DNA of 36,670 nt from Candidatus Woesearchaeota archaeon UBA119 (GTDB taxonomy: Archaea; Nanobdellota; Nanobdellia; Woesearchaeales; UBA119): contig DAWM01000022.1 of the NCBI GenBank assembly GCA_002505945.1, forward strand, positions 19,032 to 55,701, read 5' to 3'. Position 1 is the first letter of the stretch. Each line of letters starts with the position of its first letter. A program made the translations under genes and the position numbers. Positions 1 to 8,342 of the stretch are shown here, one piece after another. The notes beneath the pieces were generated by a model, which ran no database searches, was not told the DNA's origin, and was given only the letters and a program-made list of their open reading frames with translations.

Positions 1-1105
1 TGGTAAGGATAATCGAGACAATCACAAGGTTTCTGGTCTTGTTCATGTCCGGCCTAGATTGAAGCAATGTTCTTATACCCACTGCAGCAATCATACCAAA
101 GAGCAAAATCATTATCCCTCCAAGAACAGCACTGGGAATTGTCTTTAGAATCGCTCCTAACTTGCCCACAAAAGCCAGAACGATGGCTGTTATCGCAGCA
201 ATCCTCATAATTACAGGATCATAAACCTTAGTCAAAGCCACAGCTCCGGTAACCTCTGAATATGTTGTATTTGGAGGACCACCGAAGAAGCCAGCCATTA
301 TGGTAGCAAGTCCATCTCCCAAGAGAGTTTTATGGATACCTGGATTTTCCACAAAGTTCTTCCCTGTAACTTCACTTATAGTGTATATATCACCGATATG
401 TTCAATAAGAGGAGCTATTGCCACCGGCGCGAAGTAGAGTATTGCTCCCCATTTAAATGTCGGAAAAGTAAAGTTAGGCAAAGAAAGCCATGCGGCTTGA
501 GTAATGGGGGTAAAATCAACTAGTCCCATAAGCAAAGCCACGATATATCCGACAAAGATTCCTCCCAAAACAGGGATCAATTTAAACATCTTCTTGCCAA
601 AAACCACAAGTCCAATTGCAACCGCTAATGATATTATTGCAAGAATCCAATTCTCCTTGGCCATATCTATTCCAGTGGGTGCCAATGCCAAACCGATGCA
701 CATTATCACAGGTCCTATGACAATCGCTGGGAAGTATTTCTCTATTAGCTTAATCCCTTTCCTTCGCACAATCATCGACACTATCACATATATTGCTCCT
801 GCTGCAATCAACCCACCTAATGCTCCTGGCAAACCATATAGCTCAATACCTCCAACAATCGGCGCTATAAACGCAAAACTGCTTCCTAGAAAAACAGGCA
901 CCTTGCTTTTCGTTACCAGATGGAAAATAAGGGTACCACCCCCCGCCGTGAATAACGCTACCGCAGGTTCCAATCCAGTAAGCAAAGGCACAAGCACAGT
1001 CGCGCCAAATGCCACAAAAAGCATCTGAATCCCAAGAATCAGCTTTGCTGTCGTATTAAGGTCTTTAACCTCTTTATCTGCTGCCTTTGCAGCCTTTCCA
1101 AACAT
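1..1105 (-). CDS. uraA: uracil permease, NCS2 family (UraA/PyrP-like); C-terminal end lies beyond the left window edge
   Basis: This gene is absent from the supplied ORF track because it has no in-window stop. My reverse-strand translation from the ATG at 1105-1103 reads MFGKAAKAADKEVKDLNTTAKLILGIQMLFVAFGATVLVPLLTG..VPVFLGSSFAFIAPI..APLIEHIGD..FFGGPPNTTYSEVTGAVALTKVY..GGIMILLFGMIAAVGIRTL and stays open to nt 2. These blocks match the conserved UraA blocks (FAMFGATVLVP, YLGSSFAF, NTTYGENIGV, GIR). GGAGGTG at 1118-1112 sits 6 nt upstream of the ATG. Confidence 0.9.
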   Translation of the reverse strand, partial: MFGKAAKAADKEVKDLNTTAKLILGIQMLFVAFGATVLVPLLTGLEPAVALFTAGGGTLIFHLVTKSKVPVFLGSSFAFIAPIVGGIELYGLPGALGGLIAAGAIYVIVSMIVRRKGIKLIEKYFPAIVIGPVIMCIGLALAPTGIDMAKENWILAIISLAVAIGLVVFGKKMFKLIPVLGGIFVGYIVALLMGLVDFTPITQAAWLSLPNFTFPTFKWGAILYFAPVAIAPLIEHIGDIYTISEVTGKNFVENPGIHKTLLGDGLATIMAGFFGGPPNTTYSEVTGAVALTKVYDPVIMRIAAITAIVLAFVGKLGAILKTIPSAVLGGIMILLFGMIAAVGIRTLLQSRPDMNKTRNLVIVSIILT

Positions 1106-1145
1106 TTTTTACACCTCCATTCATCGCCCTAAGCGATCCTCTGGA

Positions 1146-1772
1146 TTATTTTGTTCCAAATAACCTATCTCCTGCATCTCCCAAACCAGGAAGAATGTAT
1201 CCAATGTCATTAAGTTCTCTGTCTCTAGAAGCCAAATATACATCCACATCAGGATGTTTCTCTTCTAACTTATTAATTCCTTCTGGTGCTCCCACCAAAC
1301 ACAGAGCTTTTATATTCTTGCATCCCGCCTTCTTAAGAATCTCTATTGTCTTTATTATTGTATTGGCAGTAGCAAGCATTGGATCCACAATAAGAGCCAT
1401 TCTGTCTCCAATATCCCTTGAAAGCTTAGAGTAATACTGAATCGCTTCCAAAGTATCATGATCCCTATATAGTCCAACAAAATTTACCTTAGCAGAAGGT
1501 ATCATATTGAGCAGGCCATCAAGCATCCCAACTCCAGCCCTTAATATCGGAACAATTACCAGTTTCCTACCCTTTATTCTTTTCACACTTACTTCTTCGG
1601 CCCATCCCTTTATCTTTTTTTCTTCTAACTCTAAATCCTTTGTCGCCTCATAAGTAAGCAGGGATGCTATCTCACTTGTAATCTCTCTAAACTCCTTAGT
1701 TTTCAGTCTATTGCTTCTCAAAAGGCCAAGCTTATGTTCTATCAAAGGGTGCTTGACCTCAAACACAGTCAT
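1146..1772 (-). CDS. upp: uracil phosphoribosyltransferase
   Basis: Colinear, near full-length resemblance to bacterial Upp: [34 protein letters not shown] (PRPP loop), and the C-terminal [17 protein letters not shown]. The track start at 1787 overlaps the GGAGGTG box (1785-1779). The ATG at 1772-1770 lies 6 nt after that box and restores the canonical M-x-V-x-EVKHPL N-terminus, so I use it as the start. Confidence 0.93.
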   Translation of the reverse strand: MTVFEVKHPLIEHKLGLLRSNRLKTKEFREITSEIASLLTYEATKDLELEEKKIKGWAEEVSVKRIKGRKLVIVPILRAGVGMLDGLLNMIPSAKVNFVGLYRDHDTLEAIQYYSKLSRDIGDRMALIVDPMLATANTIIKTIEILKKAGCKNIKALCLVGAPEGINKLEEKHPDVDVYLASRDRELNDIGYILPGLGDAGDRLFGTK

Positions 1773-1980
1773 ATCTCTCACCTCCATTTTTAGAAAAGAC
1801 AGAATAACATGAACCTTTAGGTTGAGGACAAAAATGAATTAGAAAGGGCCACCCTAGAAGCATATCAGAAGAAGTCCAACCCCATAAAAAATACATCTTA
1901 AAAACATATAAGGTCATATTACCCTTTTTATATTTTTATTTTTTCTATATTATACTTTTTTTGTTCTGATTCTTTTTTAT

Positions 1981-2871
1981 CTACATACATCCCGGCAAGA
2001 TTGCCTCAATCAAATCCCCTACAGCCTCTAAAATCCATAGAAACTGTATCTTTATACTGCTATCCTTAAACTCCTTGCATTTCTTCTCCAAGGTCTTCTT
2101 CTCCTCATATACGTCAATTATCTTCCTTGGTTCAGGCTTATAGATTATGATACTCAGATGCTCAATCAATGTGAATAATTGCCTCAGGAAGCTTTTTTGC
2201 TCACTACTTAATCTGCTTTGTTCTTCACCAATTCTCACAAAAAAGTCCGCAAATACGTCACCCAGCTGTTCTAAATCAGTAAGGCTATTGTAATAAAATA
2301 TCTTCTTCTCGGAACTAATCTTCTTTGACTTGTTTAATGTTCTTAAACAGAAAGTAACAAACTTGTTTATAGTCCAATCCCTCTGATCCAATTCTTTCAG
2401 AACCTTGAAATCTTCCCTTTTTATTGCATCTATTCCCTGCTTGATTATATCCTTCATCAACAAATATATCTTGGGAAAGATCCGAGGGAACTCCTCCTCA
2501 TTACTCTCTGAAAGCTCTTTTAAGATAAAACTGCTTCCTTGCTCGTTTGTCAGGACCATCCCTATAAGCTGGTTGCTTATATCTCTAACAATATGGGTTT
2601 GTTCCCTGTTTACATTCTTTAAAATTATCTCTTCATATCCTTTTATATAAGCAGCGAAAGCCAGTTTCCAGCAAGCGCTCCTTCCTCTATTCTTCAAATC
2701 GATCTCTATTGAGCCAACTGGTTTCTTTTTCCCAAGAGAGAAAACTATTTCAGCGTCTTTCTCATTTACAATCAGTTGATCCCCCTTCTTTATCTTGTTT
2801 TCTGAAGTCCATTGTTTCGGGAGAGATACAACCAAAGTATTTTTTCCCAGTTTTAAAACACTTCTTAACAT
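1981..2871 (-). CDS. AbrB/SpoVT-type DNA-binding domain fused to a PhoU-like helical domain (archaeal 'phosphate uptake regulator'-type architecture)
   Basis: The N-terminus LKLGKNTLVVSLPKQWTSENKIKKGDQLIVNEKDAEIVF is a typical swapped-hairpin AbrB/SpoVT motif. The remaining ~230 aa are helical with E/D-x3-D-type PhoU-like repeats. The track start is a TTG at 2892. The ATG at 2871-2869 is preceded by GGGTGG (2882-2877) with a 5-nt spacer, so I prefer it. Confidence 0.55.
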   Translation of the reverse strand: MLRSVLKLGKNTLVVSLPKQWTSENKIKKGDQLIVNEKDAEIVFSLGKKKPVGSIEIDLKNRGRSACWKLAFAAYIKGYEEIILKNVNREQTHIVRDISNQLIGMVLTNEQGSSFILKELSESNEEEFPRIFPKIYLLMKDIIKQGIDAIKREDFKVLKELDQRDWTINKFVTFCLRTLNKSKKISSEKKIFYYNSLTDLEQLGDVFADFFVRIGEEQSRLSSEQKSFLRQLFTLIEHLSIIIYKPEPRKIIDVYEEKKTLEKKCKEFKDSSIKIQFLWILEAVGDLIEAILPGCM

Positions 2872-2980
2872 TTTTCCACCCTTTCTTTTCAAAATAAAAT
2901 ATATATGGCATATACTTTATATCTTTTATATAAGTAGCACATATATTTCCAACAATCTATTTCTTGTTAGGGTGATATCA
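2872..2980. promoter_or_regulatory. divergent promoter region between the AbrB-PhoU and Lrp-family genes
   Basis: A 109-nt stretch, very AT-rich, with several TATA-like boxes on both strands (taaaatatat 2896-2905, tatactttat 2911-2920, ttttatataa 2924-2933). It lies between two divergently oriented regulator genes, each with its own SD box. The exact boxes are not resolved. Confidence 0.4.
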
Positions 2981-3454
2981 ATGCAACTACCTAAAAGAGA
3001 TTTGTTATTGCTGTGCCAGTTGAGGAAAAATTCCAGAGAGCCGCTGACAACAATGAGCAGGGAAACGCGTATCCCCGTATCAACATTGTACGACAGATTA
3101 CGCCATTTTGAAGAGAGTCAGGTAATAAAGAAACATACAAGCATAGTGAACTTTGGTATTTTTGGCTATGAGGTAAGAATCAACATTATGGTAAAGGTGT
3201 CTCCTTCTTTCAGAAAGGAGTTTAAGGTACGCCTTTTAAACCATGAGAATGTGAACAACCTCTACAAAATCAACAATGGCTTTGACTTTCTTATTGAAGG
3301 GGTTTTTAAGTCAGTCCAAGAAGCAGAGAGTTTTATTGATAACATAGAGGAAAACTTTGAATTCAGGAAACTGGAGGTTTATTATGTAACAGAGGAAATT
3401 AAAAGAGAAGGATTTATGGCAAATAAGGAAACTCTTCCAATATTATATAGATAA
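2981..3454 (+). CDS. Lrp/AsnC-family transcriptional regulator (HTH + RAM-like domain)
   Basis: MQLPKRDLLLLCQLRKNSREPLTTMSRETRIPVSTLYDRLRHFEESQVI is the Lrp/AsnC HTH. It is followed by a beta-alpha-beta effector-type domain (YEVRINIMVKV..FDFLIEGVF). The track ORF starts at 2795, but its first 62 codons are F/I/Y-rich promoter DNA. The ATG at 2981 is preceded by GGTGAT (2971-2976). Confidence 0.75.
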   Translation: MQLPKRDLLLLCQLRKNSREPLTTMSRETRIPVSTLYDRLRHFEESQVIKKHTSIVNFGIFGYEVRINIMVKVSPSFRKEFKVRLLNHENVNNLYKINNGFDFLIEGVFKSVQEAESFIDNIEENFEFRKLEVYYVTEEIKREGFMANKETLPILYR

Positions 3455-3463
3455 CTGTTGTCT

Positions 3464-3500
3464 TATTATTTTTGTTCTTAAATTTTTTCGCTTCTTTTTC
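3464..3500 (+). terminator. oligo-T tract downstream of the Lrp-family gene (archaeal-type terminator candidate)
   Basis: Successive T-runs (tcttattatttttgttcttaaattttttcgcttcttttt) directly follow the TAA at 3452-3454. Confidence 0.3.
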
Positions 3501-3547
3501 CAATAAAAGGAGAAATAATATAAATTAGTATTTATTTAAAATAGAAC

Positions 3548-4531
3548 ATGAAGCTTAAACTAAGCATGGTTTTGTGTATCATAATGATGGTTCTTTTTAT
3601 CTCGGCTTGTCAAAAAGATGACGATGATGAAAAACCAGAGATTAAGGAAATTAAAGGTGGCATAGATGTCATCATAGAGGAAGGCTCTCTTCCTGAAGGG
3701 GTTATCCGAAACAAGGTTTTCCCTCTAAGTTTTAAGTTGAGGAATACCGGTAGGTCATCTGCTTCCGGAGTTGTTACTGTAAAAGGAACATCGTCATTTC
3801 TTGAATTCAAAGATACCTTTGGAACCTCAACCACAAAATCTTTCTCCTTCTCAGCTCTACCCGGCAGATCTACTCTCTCTGCCAATCCTCCTGAGAAGGC
3901 GTATGAGCTCACTGTAAGGCCATACTTGGATGATTTAACAGAGTCAAAAACAGTAAACATTGAGTTTATGTTGTGCTATACTTATTCTTTGGTATTTAAG
4001 CAGAGTGTCTGTGTGGATACAAGGCCTAATTTGCCCTCAGGTGATAAGGCTTGCACATATATGTCTCAATCCTTTAAAGGTCAGGGCGCTCCTATAAATG
4101 TGGTTTCTCTTCAACAAAGGACCTATACTGAGGAAGAGGGATATGGGCTTAAAAGGAAAGTAGAATTCATAATTACAATAAGGAATATGATGGAAGGTGC
4201 CCCCATTCCTGTTGAATCCGCTCTTCCTGGACCAAATAATTATTGCCAAGGGGGTAAACTCCCTGAAGGGGTTAATATGGGTTATGTTGAATTTGGAAGC
4301 ATTCGTTTAGGGGATGTAACCATGGGAACCCGTAAACGGGGTGTAGAGTTTGAGTGTTCAGGCATGAAACTAGGACAAAGAAAAGTTCCTTTTGTTAATA
4401 ATGAAGCTCAAATAGTTTGTACTGCTACCTTTGATGAGGATGTACAGCCTTATACTTCTCTACTTGAGGTCCCGCTTTACTTTGGTTATTATTCAGATAT
4501 GGTAGTCCCTATAAAGATTTATAGAAATTAA
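3548..4531 (+). CDS. secreted lipobox protein, 6-Cys family, paralog 1 (function unknown)
   Basis: The signal peptide MKLKLSMVLCIIMMVLFISAC carries a lipobox (I-S-A-C), followed by an acidic linker. CARDB-like strand motifs are present (FKLRNTGRSS, FIITIRNMMEG). It shares landmarks with the next two genes: C-Y-x-Y-x9-C, (S/G)QGAPI, and 6 conserved Cys. A TATA-like aataatataaatt lies ~25-30 nt upstream of the ATG. Confidence 0.8.
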   Translation: MKLKLSMVLCIIMMVLFISACQKDDDDEKPEIKEIKGGIDVIIEEGSLPEGVIRNKVFPLSFKLRNTGRSSASGVVTVKGTSSFLEFKDTFGTSTTKSFSFSALPGRSTLSANPPEKAYELTVRPYLDDLTESKTVNIEFMLCYTYSLVFKQSVCVDTRPNLPSGDKACTYMSQSFKGQGAPINVVSLQQRTYTEEEGYGLKRKVEFIITIRNMMEGAPIPVESALPGPNNYCQGGKLPEGVNMGYVEFGSIRLGDVTMGTRKRGVEFECSGMKLGQRKVPFVNNEAQIVCTATFDEDVQPYTSLLEVPLYFGYYSDMVVPIKIYRN

Positions 4532-4546
4532 ATTACCTTTTTTGAG

Positions 4547-4560
4547 AAAAGTTTTTAAAG
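4547..4560 (+). promoter_or_regulatory. BRE/TATA-like box for lipoprotein paralog 2
   Basis: aaaagtttttaaag, centred ~26 nt upstream of the ATG at 4582 with no SD box between them. This implies a leaderless or near-leaderless mRNA. Confidence 0.4.
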
Positions 4561-4581
4561 TTATTTTCAATAATACTAACT

Positions 4582-5520
4582 ATGAACCTTAAATATAAAC
4601 TGTTTTCAATAGCTCTTGTTTGTATGATTCTTGTTCTTACCGCTTGTCAGCAAGGGGAAGATAAAGACAATGAGGCAAAAGGAACCAAAGGCATAGATAT
4701 CGAAACAAGTATGCTTAATGACAATCTTTACACAACTGAATCCCAAATGGATTTTGGAGTTATTCTGAACATTACTAATAGAGGATATCACAATGTGAAA
4801 CCCTCTGATTTCATCTTAACTTATTCAGGTTTTGATGAGGGCTTAGTCGACCTTTATGATGCTCCTAAAACCTTTTCTAGTTCAAATGATGAGATACTCT
4901 TTGGTGCAGATCCCTTTCATGAGGGAACTACCTACCCGGTATTAGTTTCTGGCAATGTTCATCTGCCATGGGCTTCCCAGGAAACTGATTTTGAGTATCA
5001 TATGAATTTATTCGTCAAATATTGCTATAGATACAAAACCGTGCTTTCTTCAGTGGTATGCATAGACCCCTCTCAAGGATATGACTCCAATGCAGCTTGT
5101 AAGATGAGGAAAGTCCATTTCTCTGGAGGTCAGGGAGCCCCCATAGTGTTTACAGAAGTAATGCCCATTGTTGCCTCTAATAAGGTGGTGTTTCAGGTCT
5201 ATTTAAAGAATGGTGGAGAGGGTCTGGCATTCCCTTCAAAAGGGATTTTTGGGAGTTCTCCTCTTATGAGTTGTGCAGACCTAGAGAGGAATTCTCAGAA
5301 TTTTGCTCAATTAACCGTAGAAGCAACCTTAGGGGGAAAAACTGTTGAATGCACCCCTAATCCTGCCAAGGTAGACTCTGAAGGCACCTATGTTTTATGT
5401 AGTTTTGGTAAACCCGACAAGGAGACTGGTGCATATTCTGCTGTTTTAAACCTTGAAACAGAGTATGTATATGTAGATTCGGCTGATGCTCCTGTGAGTA
5501 TAACTTTCCTCAAAGAATAA
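4582..5520 (+). CDS. secreted lipobox protein, 6-Cys family, paralog 2 (function unknown)
   Basis: MNLKYKLFSIALVCMILVLTAC carries a lipobox (L-T-A-C). Family landmarks are present: LNITNRGYHN, KYCYRYKTVLSSVVCID, SGGQGAPIVF, VYLKNGGEG. There are 6 Cys after the lipobox Cys, in the same order as in paralogs 1 and 3. Confidence 0.8.
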   Translation: MNLKYKLFSIALVCMILVLTACQQGEDKDNEAKGTKGIDIETSMLNDNLYTTESQMDFGVILNITNRGYHNVKPSDFILTYSGFDEGLVDLYDAPKTFSSSNDEILFGADPFHEGTTYPVLVSGNVHLPWASQETDFEYHMNLFVKYCYRYKTVLSSVVCIDPSQGYDSNAACKMRKVHFSGGQGAPIVFTEVMPIVASNKVVFQVYLKNGGEGLAFPSKGIFGSSPLMSCADLERNSQNFAQLTVEATLGGKTVECTPNPAKVDSEGTYVLCSFGKPDKETGAYSAVLNLETEYVYVDSADAPVSITFLKE

Positions 5521-5609
5521 AACTAATATCCTTTTCTGAGGTCAAATGGAAAAATATAAATACTATTATTCAAATAGATTAACTAAATAGAGTGGTTCAG
5601 GTGAATAAG

Positions 5610-6575
5610 ATGAAAAGTTATTACGTTCTTGGTGTTCTGCTGGTTCTATCTTTGCTCTTAACAGGTTGCGATTCTGGTAATGGTAGTGATGAGGACAAAA
5701 TTGAGAGTGGTTTCATTGGGGGAACTAGCGGTCTAGTACTTAGGTGGTATACCCCTGAGCAAGGTTATTTTACCCTCTTGGACAATGGCAATGATGAAAT
5801 ACTCTTAGAACTCCAGGTGGAAAATCTTGGGGAAGCCGATGTGCCCGCAAATAAGGCAACGGTTTCTTTATCTGGAATCTCTTCTAGGGATTTCAACCTC
5901 CAAAAAAATGACCTGACTCAGAAGTTAGAAACTGATTTAAGAGGCATGTTTAAATTAAATGATAAAAAGAGAGATGGGGACCAGACGGTTGTTTCTTTTG
6001 GCCCTATTAAATATATCCCCAAGGTAAGCACCGATATCACTATGCCTGTAATTGCAGAGGTTTGTTATCCTTATAAAACAAGTGCTGAAGCAGTATTATG
6101 TATATCTGAAGATCCAGTAGATTCTGCTGTTTGTGAACCCAACGGAGATAGACCGGTCTATTCGTCCGGCGCTCCTATTCAGATTACAGATTTCACTCAA
6201 GAATCTGCTGGTAAAAATACTTTTATTATTACATTTACTATAAAACATGCGGGAAATGGAGAGATCTTCAAAAGTGGAGAAGGATGTGATTCTCAGGATT
6301 TCTCATCTCAAGGAATTGTGAATGTCAAGGTTGGCAACAAAGAAGATTGGGGATGGAATAGCATAAATGTAAATTGCAATGGTAATCCTGTGGGTGAATA
6401 CTTTACTCAGAGGCTTAGATTCGGAGATGAGAGCACTGTAAGATGCACAGTAGAGGTTACCGATTCTATGGTTGGCGATTATGTAAGAGCATTACCAATA
6501 GAGCTTCAATATGATTACTCCTCAAGCGTATCCACAACCCTTAGAGTCCAATCTTCTTCAGGCTCAGGAGAGTAA
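5610..6575 (+). CDS. secreted lipobox protein, 6-Cys family, paralog 3 (function unknown)
   Basis: MKSYYVLGVLLVLSLLLTGC carries a lipobox (L-T-G-C). Family landmarks are present: LQVENLGEAD, EVCYPYKTSAEAVLCIS, SSGAPIQIT, FTIKHAGNGE. The track start is a GTG at 5592. The ATG at 5610 follows cAGGTGa (5598-5604) by 5 nt and gives a normal n-region. Confidence 0.8.
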   Translation: MKSYYVLGVLLVLSLLLTGCDSGNGSDEDKIESGFIGGTSGLVLRWYTPEQGYFTLLDNGNDEILLELQVENLGEADVPANKATVSLSGISSRDFNLQKNDLTQKLETDLRGMFKLNDKKRDGDQTVVSFGPIKYIPKVSTDITMPVIAEVCYPYKTSAEAVLCISEDPVDSAVCEPNGDRPVYSSGAPIQITDFTQESAGKNTFIITFTIKHAGNGEIFKSGEGCDSQDFSSQGIVNVKVGNKEDWGWNSINVNCNGNPVGEYFTQRLRFGDESTVRCTVEVTDSMVGDYVRALPIELQYDYSSSVSTTLRVQSSSGSGE

Positions 6576-6609
6576 TCTTTTCTGTTTGTTTTTTCCTATT
6601 TTCTTTTTA
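6576..6609 (+). terminator. oligo-T tract after lipoprotein paralog 3
   Basis: tcttttctgtttgttttttcctattttcttttt immediately follows the TAA at 6573-6575, in a convergent intergenic region shared with the RFC gene. Confidence 0.35.
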
Positions 6610-6646
6610 GCCTAATTATAGAAGAATTACTATTTATCGGTTAATT

Positions 6647-7612
6647 TTATGATAACGAGGCTATCTTAGCAAGTAGGGCTTCCAGTTGTATGATTGGATC
6701 CGAACCCTCTATAAGTCTAAACTCTACCTCCCCGCAATAGCGCACTATCTCCAGTTTTTCCTTGTCTTCCAAGCCCTCCATATTAACAATCTCTTTCTGA
6801 ATCTGCTTGATGACATCTATCCCAGAGAGCCCATACTGAAGCATAGTATCAATCAATTTGTCTCTGGCTTTAATGAATTTCTTATCTTTGGCAAGCCTCA
6901 CTATGGTTTTTATCTCCTCGGGCCTTGCCATAGAACCAATAGAATAAACAAGCTTTTCATCAATCTTATCAGACAAGGCACTACAGGCCTGCATGATATT
7001 TTCCAATCTTCTACAGTCCCCTTCAGAAATCTTGAATAAGGCCTCCTTGCCCTCTTTTGTAATCTTCAAATCTTCCTGCTTGGCAATCGTATCTATAATC
7101 TCAAACATCTGCTCCTTCTTGAGCGGCTTAAACCTAAACAGAGCGCATCTTGATTGAATAGGGTCTATAATCATACTAGAATAATTGCATGCCAATATAA
7201 ACCTGCATGTCTTTGTATAATTCTCCATAATCCTCCTTAACGCCTGCTGGGCATCTCTTGTCAATGCATCGCTCTCGTCAAGATAGATTATCTTGAAAGG
7301 AACATCACCTATCGCCCTCGTCCTAGCAAAGTTCTTGACTTTATTCCTTATAACATCTATTCCTCTTTCATCGGAAGCATTGAGTTCCATGAAATTATTA
7401 CGCCAGTTCTCTTCAAACAATTTCCTTGCAACCACCATAGCGAGGGTAGTTTTCCCCACACCAGCAGGTCCAGAAAAGAGGAGATGAGGCATATTCTTCT
7501 TATCAACAAACCCCTTGACCTTATCTACTACATTCTCCTGGCCTTTTATATCAGAGAACCTAGAGGGTCTGTACTTCTCAGTCCATATCTCACTCCTTGC
7601 TACCTCTTTCAT
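6647..7612 (-). CDS. rfcS: replication factor C small subunit (clamp loader AAA+ ATPase)
   Basis: WTEKYRP N-terminus (RFC box II), Walker A GPAGVGKTT, Walker B LDESDALT, SRC motif (IQSRCALFRF). At 321 aa it is colinear with archaeal RfcS. Confidence 0.95.
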   Translation of the reverse strand: MKEVARSEIWTEKYRPSRFSDIKGQENVVDKVKGFVDKKNMPHLLFSGPAGVGKTTLAMVVARKLFEENWRNNFMELNASDERGIDVIRNKVKNFARTRAIGDVPFKIIYLDESDALTRDAQQALRRIMENYTKTCRFILACNYSSMIIDPIQSRCALFRFKPLKKEQMFEIIDTIAKQEDLKITKEGKEALFKISEGDCRRLENIMQACSALSDKIDEKLVYSIGSMARPEEIKTIVRLAKDKKFIKARDKLIDTMLQYGLSGIDVIKQIQKEIVNMEGLEDKEKLEIVRYCGEVEFRLIEGSDPIIQLEALLAKIASLS

Positions 7613-7700
7613 TTTAGAAAACCATGAAGAAATTAATAAATTACCCTCTTAATAATCGGACATGATATAAGGATTATTCTAAGGAATATTCTCTCAAACC

Positions 7701-7964
7701 TTAGATGATATCCTCTTCTGATACCACAATCATGTCACCCACAGCAATAACAGCGTTAAAAGGAATAAGAATATGCCCCTCCTTGTCCTTTTCCAAGTCA
7801 AGTTTTTGAGCATGTGGAGTTGGATTGTTTACTTGGAGATGGATAAGCTCGCCGGATTTAGTCTCAAAAACCAGGTCTCCTACATCGCCAAATCTCCTTC
7901 CCGCCTTGCTGATGATTGTTAATCCAAGAATCTTCTTTGAAAATTTTTTGTCTTCTTCGGCCAT
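7701..7964 (-). CDS. PRC-barrel domain protein
   Basis: ILGLTIISKAGRRFGDVGDLVFETKSGELIHLQV...ILIPFNAVIAVGDMIVV is the typical PRC-barrel pattern. The track start is a GTG at 7973 that lies inside the tAGGTGa SD box. The ATG at 7964-7962 (MAEEDKKF) sits about 5-6 nt after that box. Confidence 0.6.
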   Translation of the reverse strand: MAEEDKKFSKKILGLTIISKAGRRFGDVGDLVFETKSGELIHLQVNNPTPHAQKLDLEKDKEGHILIPFNAVIAVGDMIVVSEEDII

Positions 7965-8024
7965 TTTTTTCACCTAAAACCCCGTATGAACATATATCCT
8001 ACTACATTCTTGTCTGATTTATTT

Positions 8025-8040
8025 AATATTTAAACCTTTT
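8025..8040 (-). promoter_or_regulatory. BRE/TATA-like box for the PRC-barrel gene
   Basis: The reverse strand reads aaaaggtttaaatatt, which matches the window-wide AAAnnTTTAAATA pattern. It lies ~60 nt upstream of the start, leaving a short leader that contains the SD box. Confidence 0.35.
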
Positions 8041-8064
8041 GGAATTTAAACATAGATAGTTGAT

Positions 8065-8268
8065 TTACTCTTTTGTTTTATCATCTATGGATTCGTAATC
8101 CGGACTTGAATATGTCAACCCCTTCATTTCGTTTTCTGGGTTCCGTGGGAAATAACCTTCTCCAGATAAAAAATAAGACATACCTGACCAGGGAATCAGC
8201 TTTTTGCTTTCTTTATAAACCTCGGTTATGCCATTATAGAGCTTTTTAATAACCTTATTAATATCCAT
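8065..8268 (-). CDS. small hypothetical protein (67 aa)
   Basis: An ATG-initiated ORF with a well-placed reverse-strand TATA box (8290-8305) ~26 nt upstream. I recognise no motif in it. Confidence 0.4.
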   Translation of the reverse strand: MDINKVIKKLYNGITEVYKESKKLIPWSGMSYFLSGEGYFPRNPENEMKGLTYSSPDYESIDDKTKE

Positions 8269-8289
8269 ATTCTATAAGGATAAGAAAAA

Positions 8290-8305
8290 TTATTTAAAGA
8301 TTGTT
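8290..8305 (-). promoter_or_regulatory. BRE/TATA-like box for the 67-aa ORF
   Basis: The reverse strand reads aacaatctttaaataa, centred ~26 nt upstream of the ATG at 8268. This geometry implies a leaderless mRNA. Confidence 0.35.
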
Positions 8306-8328
8306 ATTAGCTAAGCCAAAAGTTTTCC

Positions 8329-8342
8329 AAAAGTTTTAAATC
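8329..8342 (+). promoter_or_regulatory. BRE/TATA-like box for the P-type ATPase gene
   Basis: aaaagttttaaatc. The predicted TSS is near 8365, leaving a leader that carries AGAGGTG (8395-8401). Confidence 0.35.

Noticed and set aside
332-1434. Plus-strand track ORFs 332-523, 504-1028 and 1087-1434
   Set aside because: They are antisense shadows of uraA and upp. Their translations are P/I/T/A/S-rich low-complexity strings with no motifs, while the opposite strand gives near-canonical UraA and Upp sequences.
1759-1917. 52-codon reverse-strand ORF (MTLYVFKMYFLWGW...) upstream of and overlapping the upp start, as a possible leader peptide or attenuator
   Set aside because: It has no convincing SD, its composition is hydrophobic and odd, and I could find no terminator/antiterminator structure. 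It is most likely a chance ORF in AT-rich spacer DNA.
2795-2980. N-terminal 62-codon extension of the Lrp-family ORF
   Set aside because: It translates AT-rich promoter DNA (F/I/Y/L-rich) and overlaps the divergent gene's 5' end. The ATG at 2981 with its GGTGAT box gives a normal Lrp/AsnC N-terminus.
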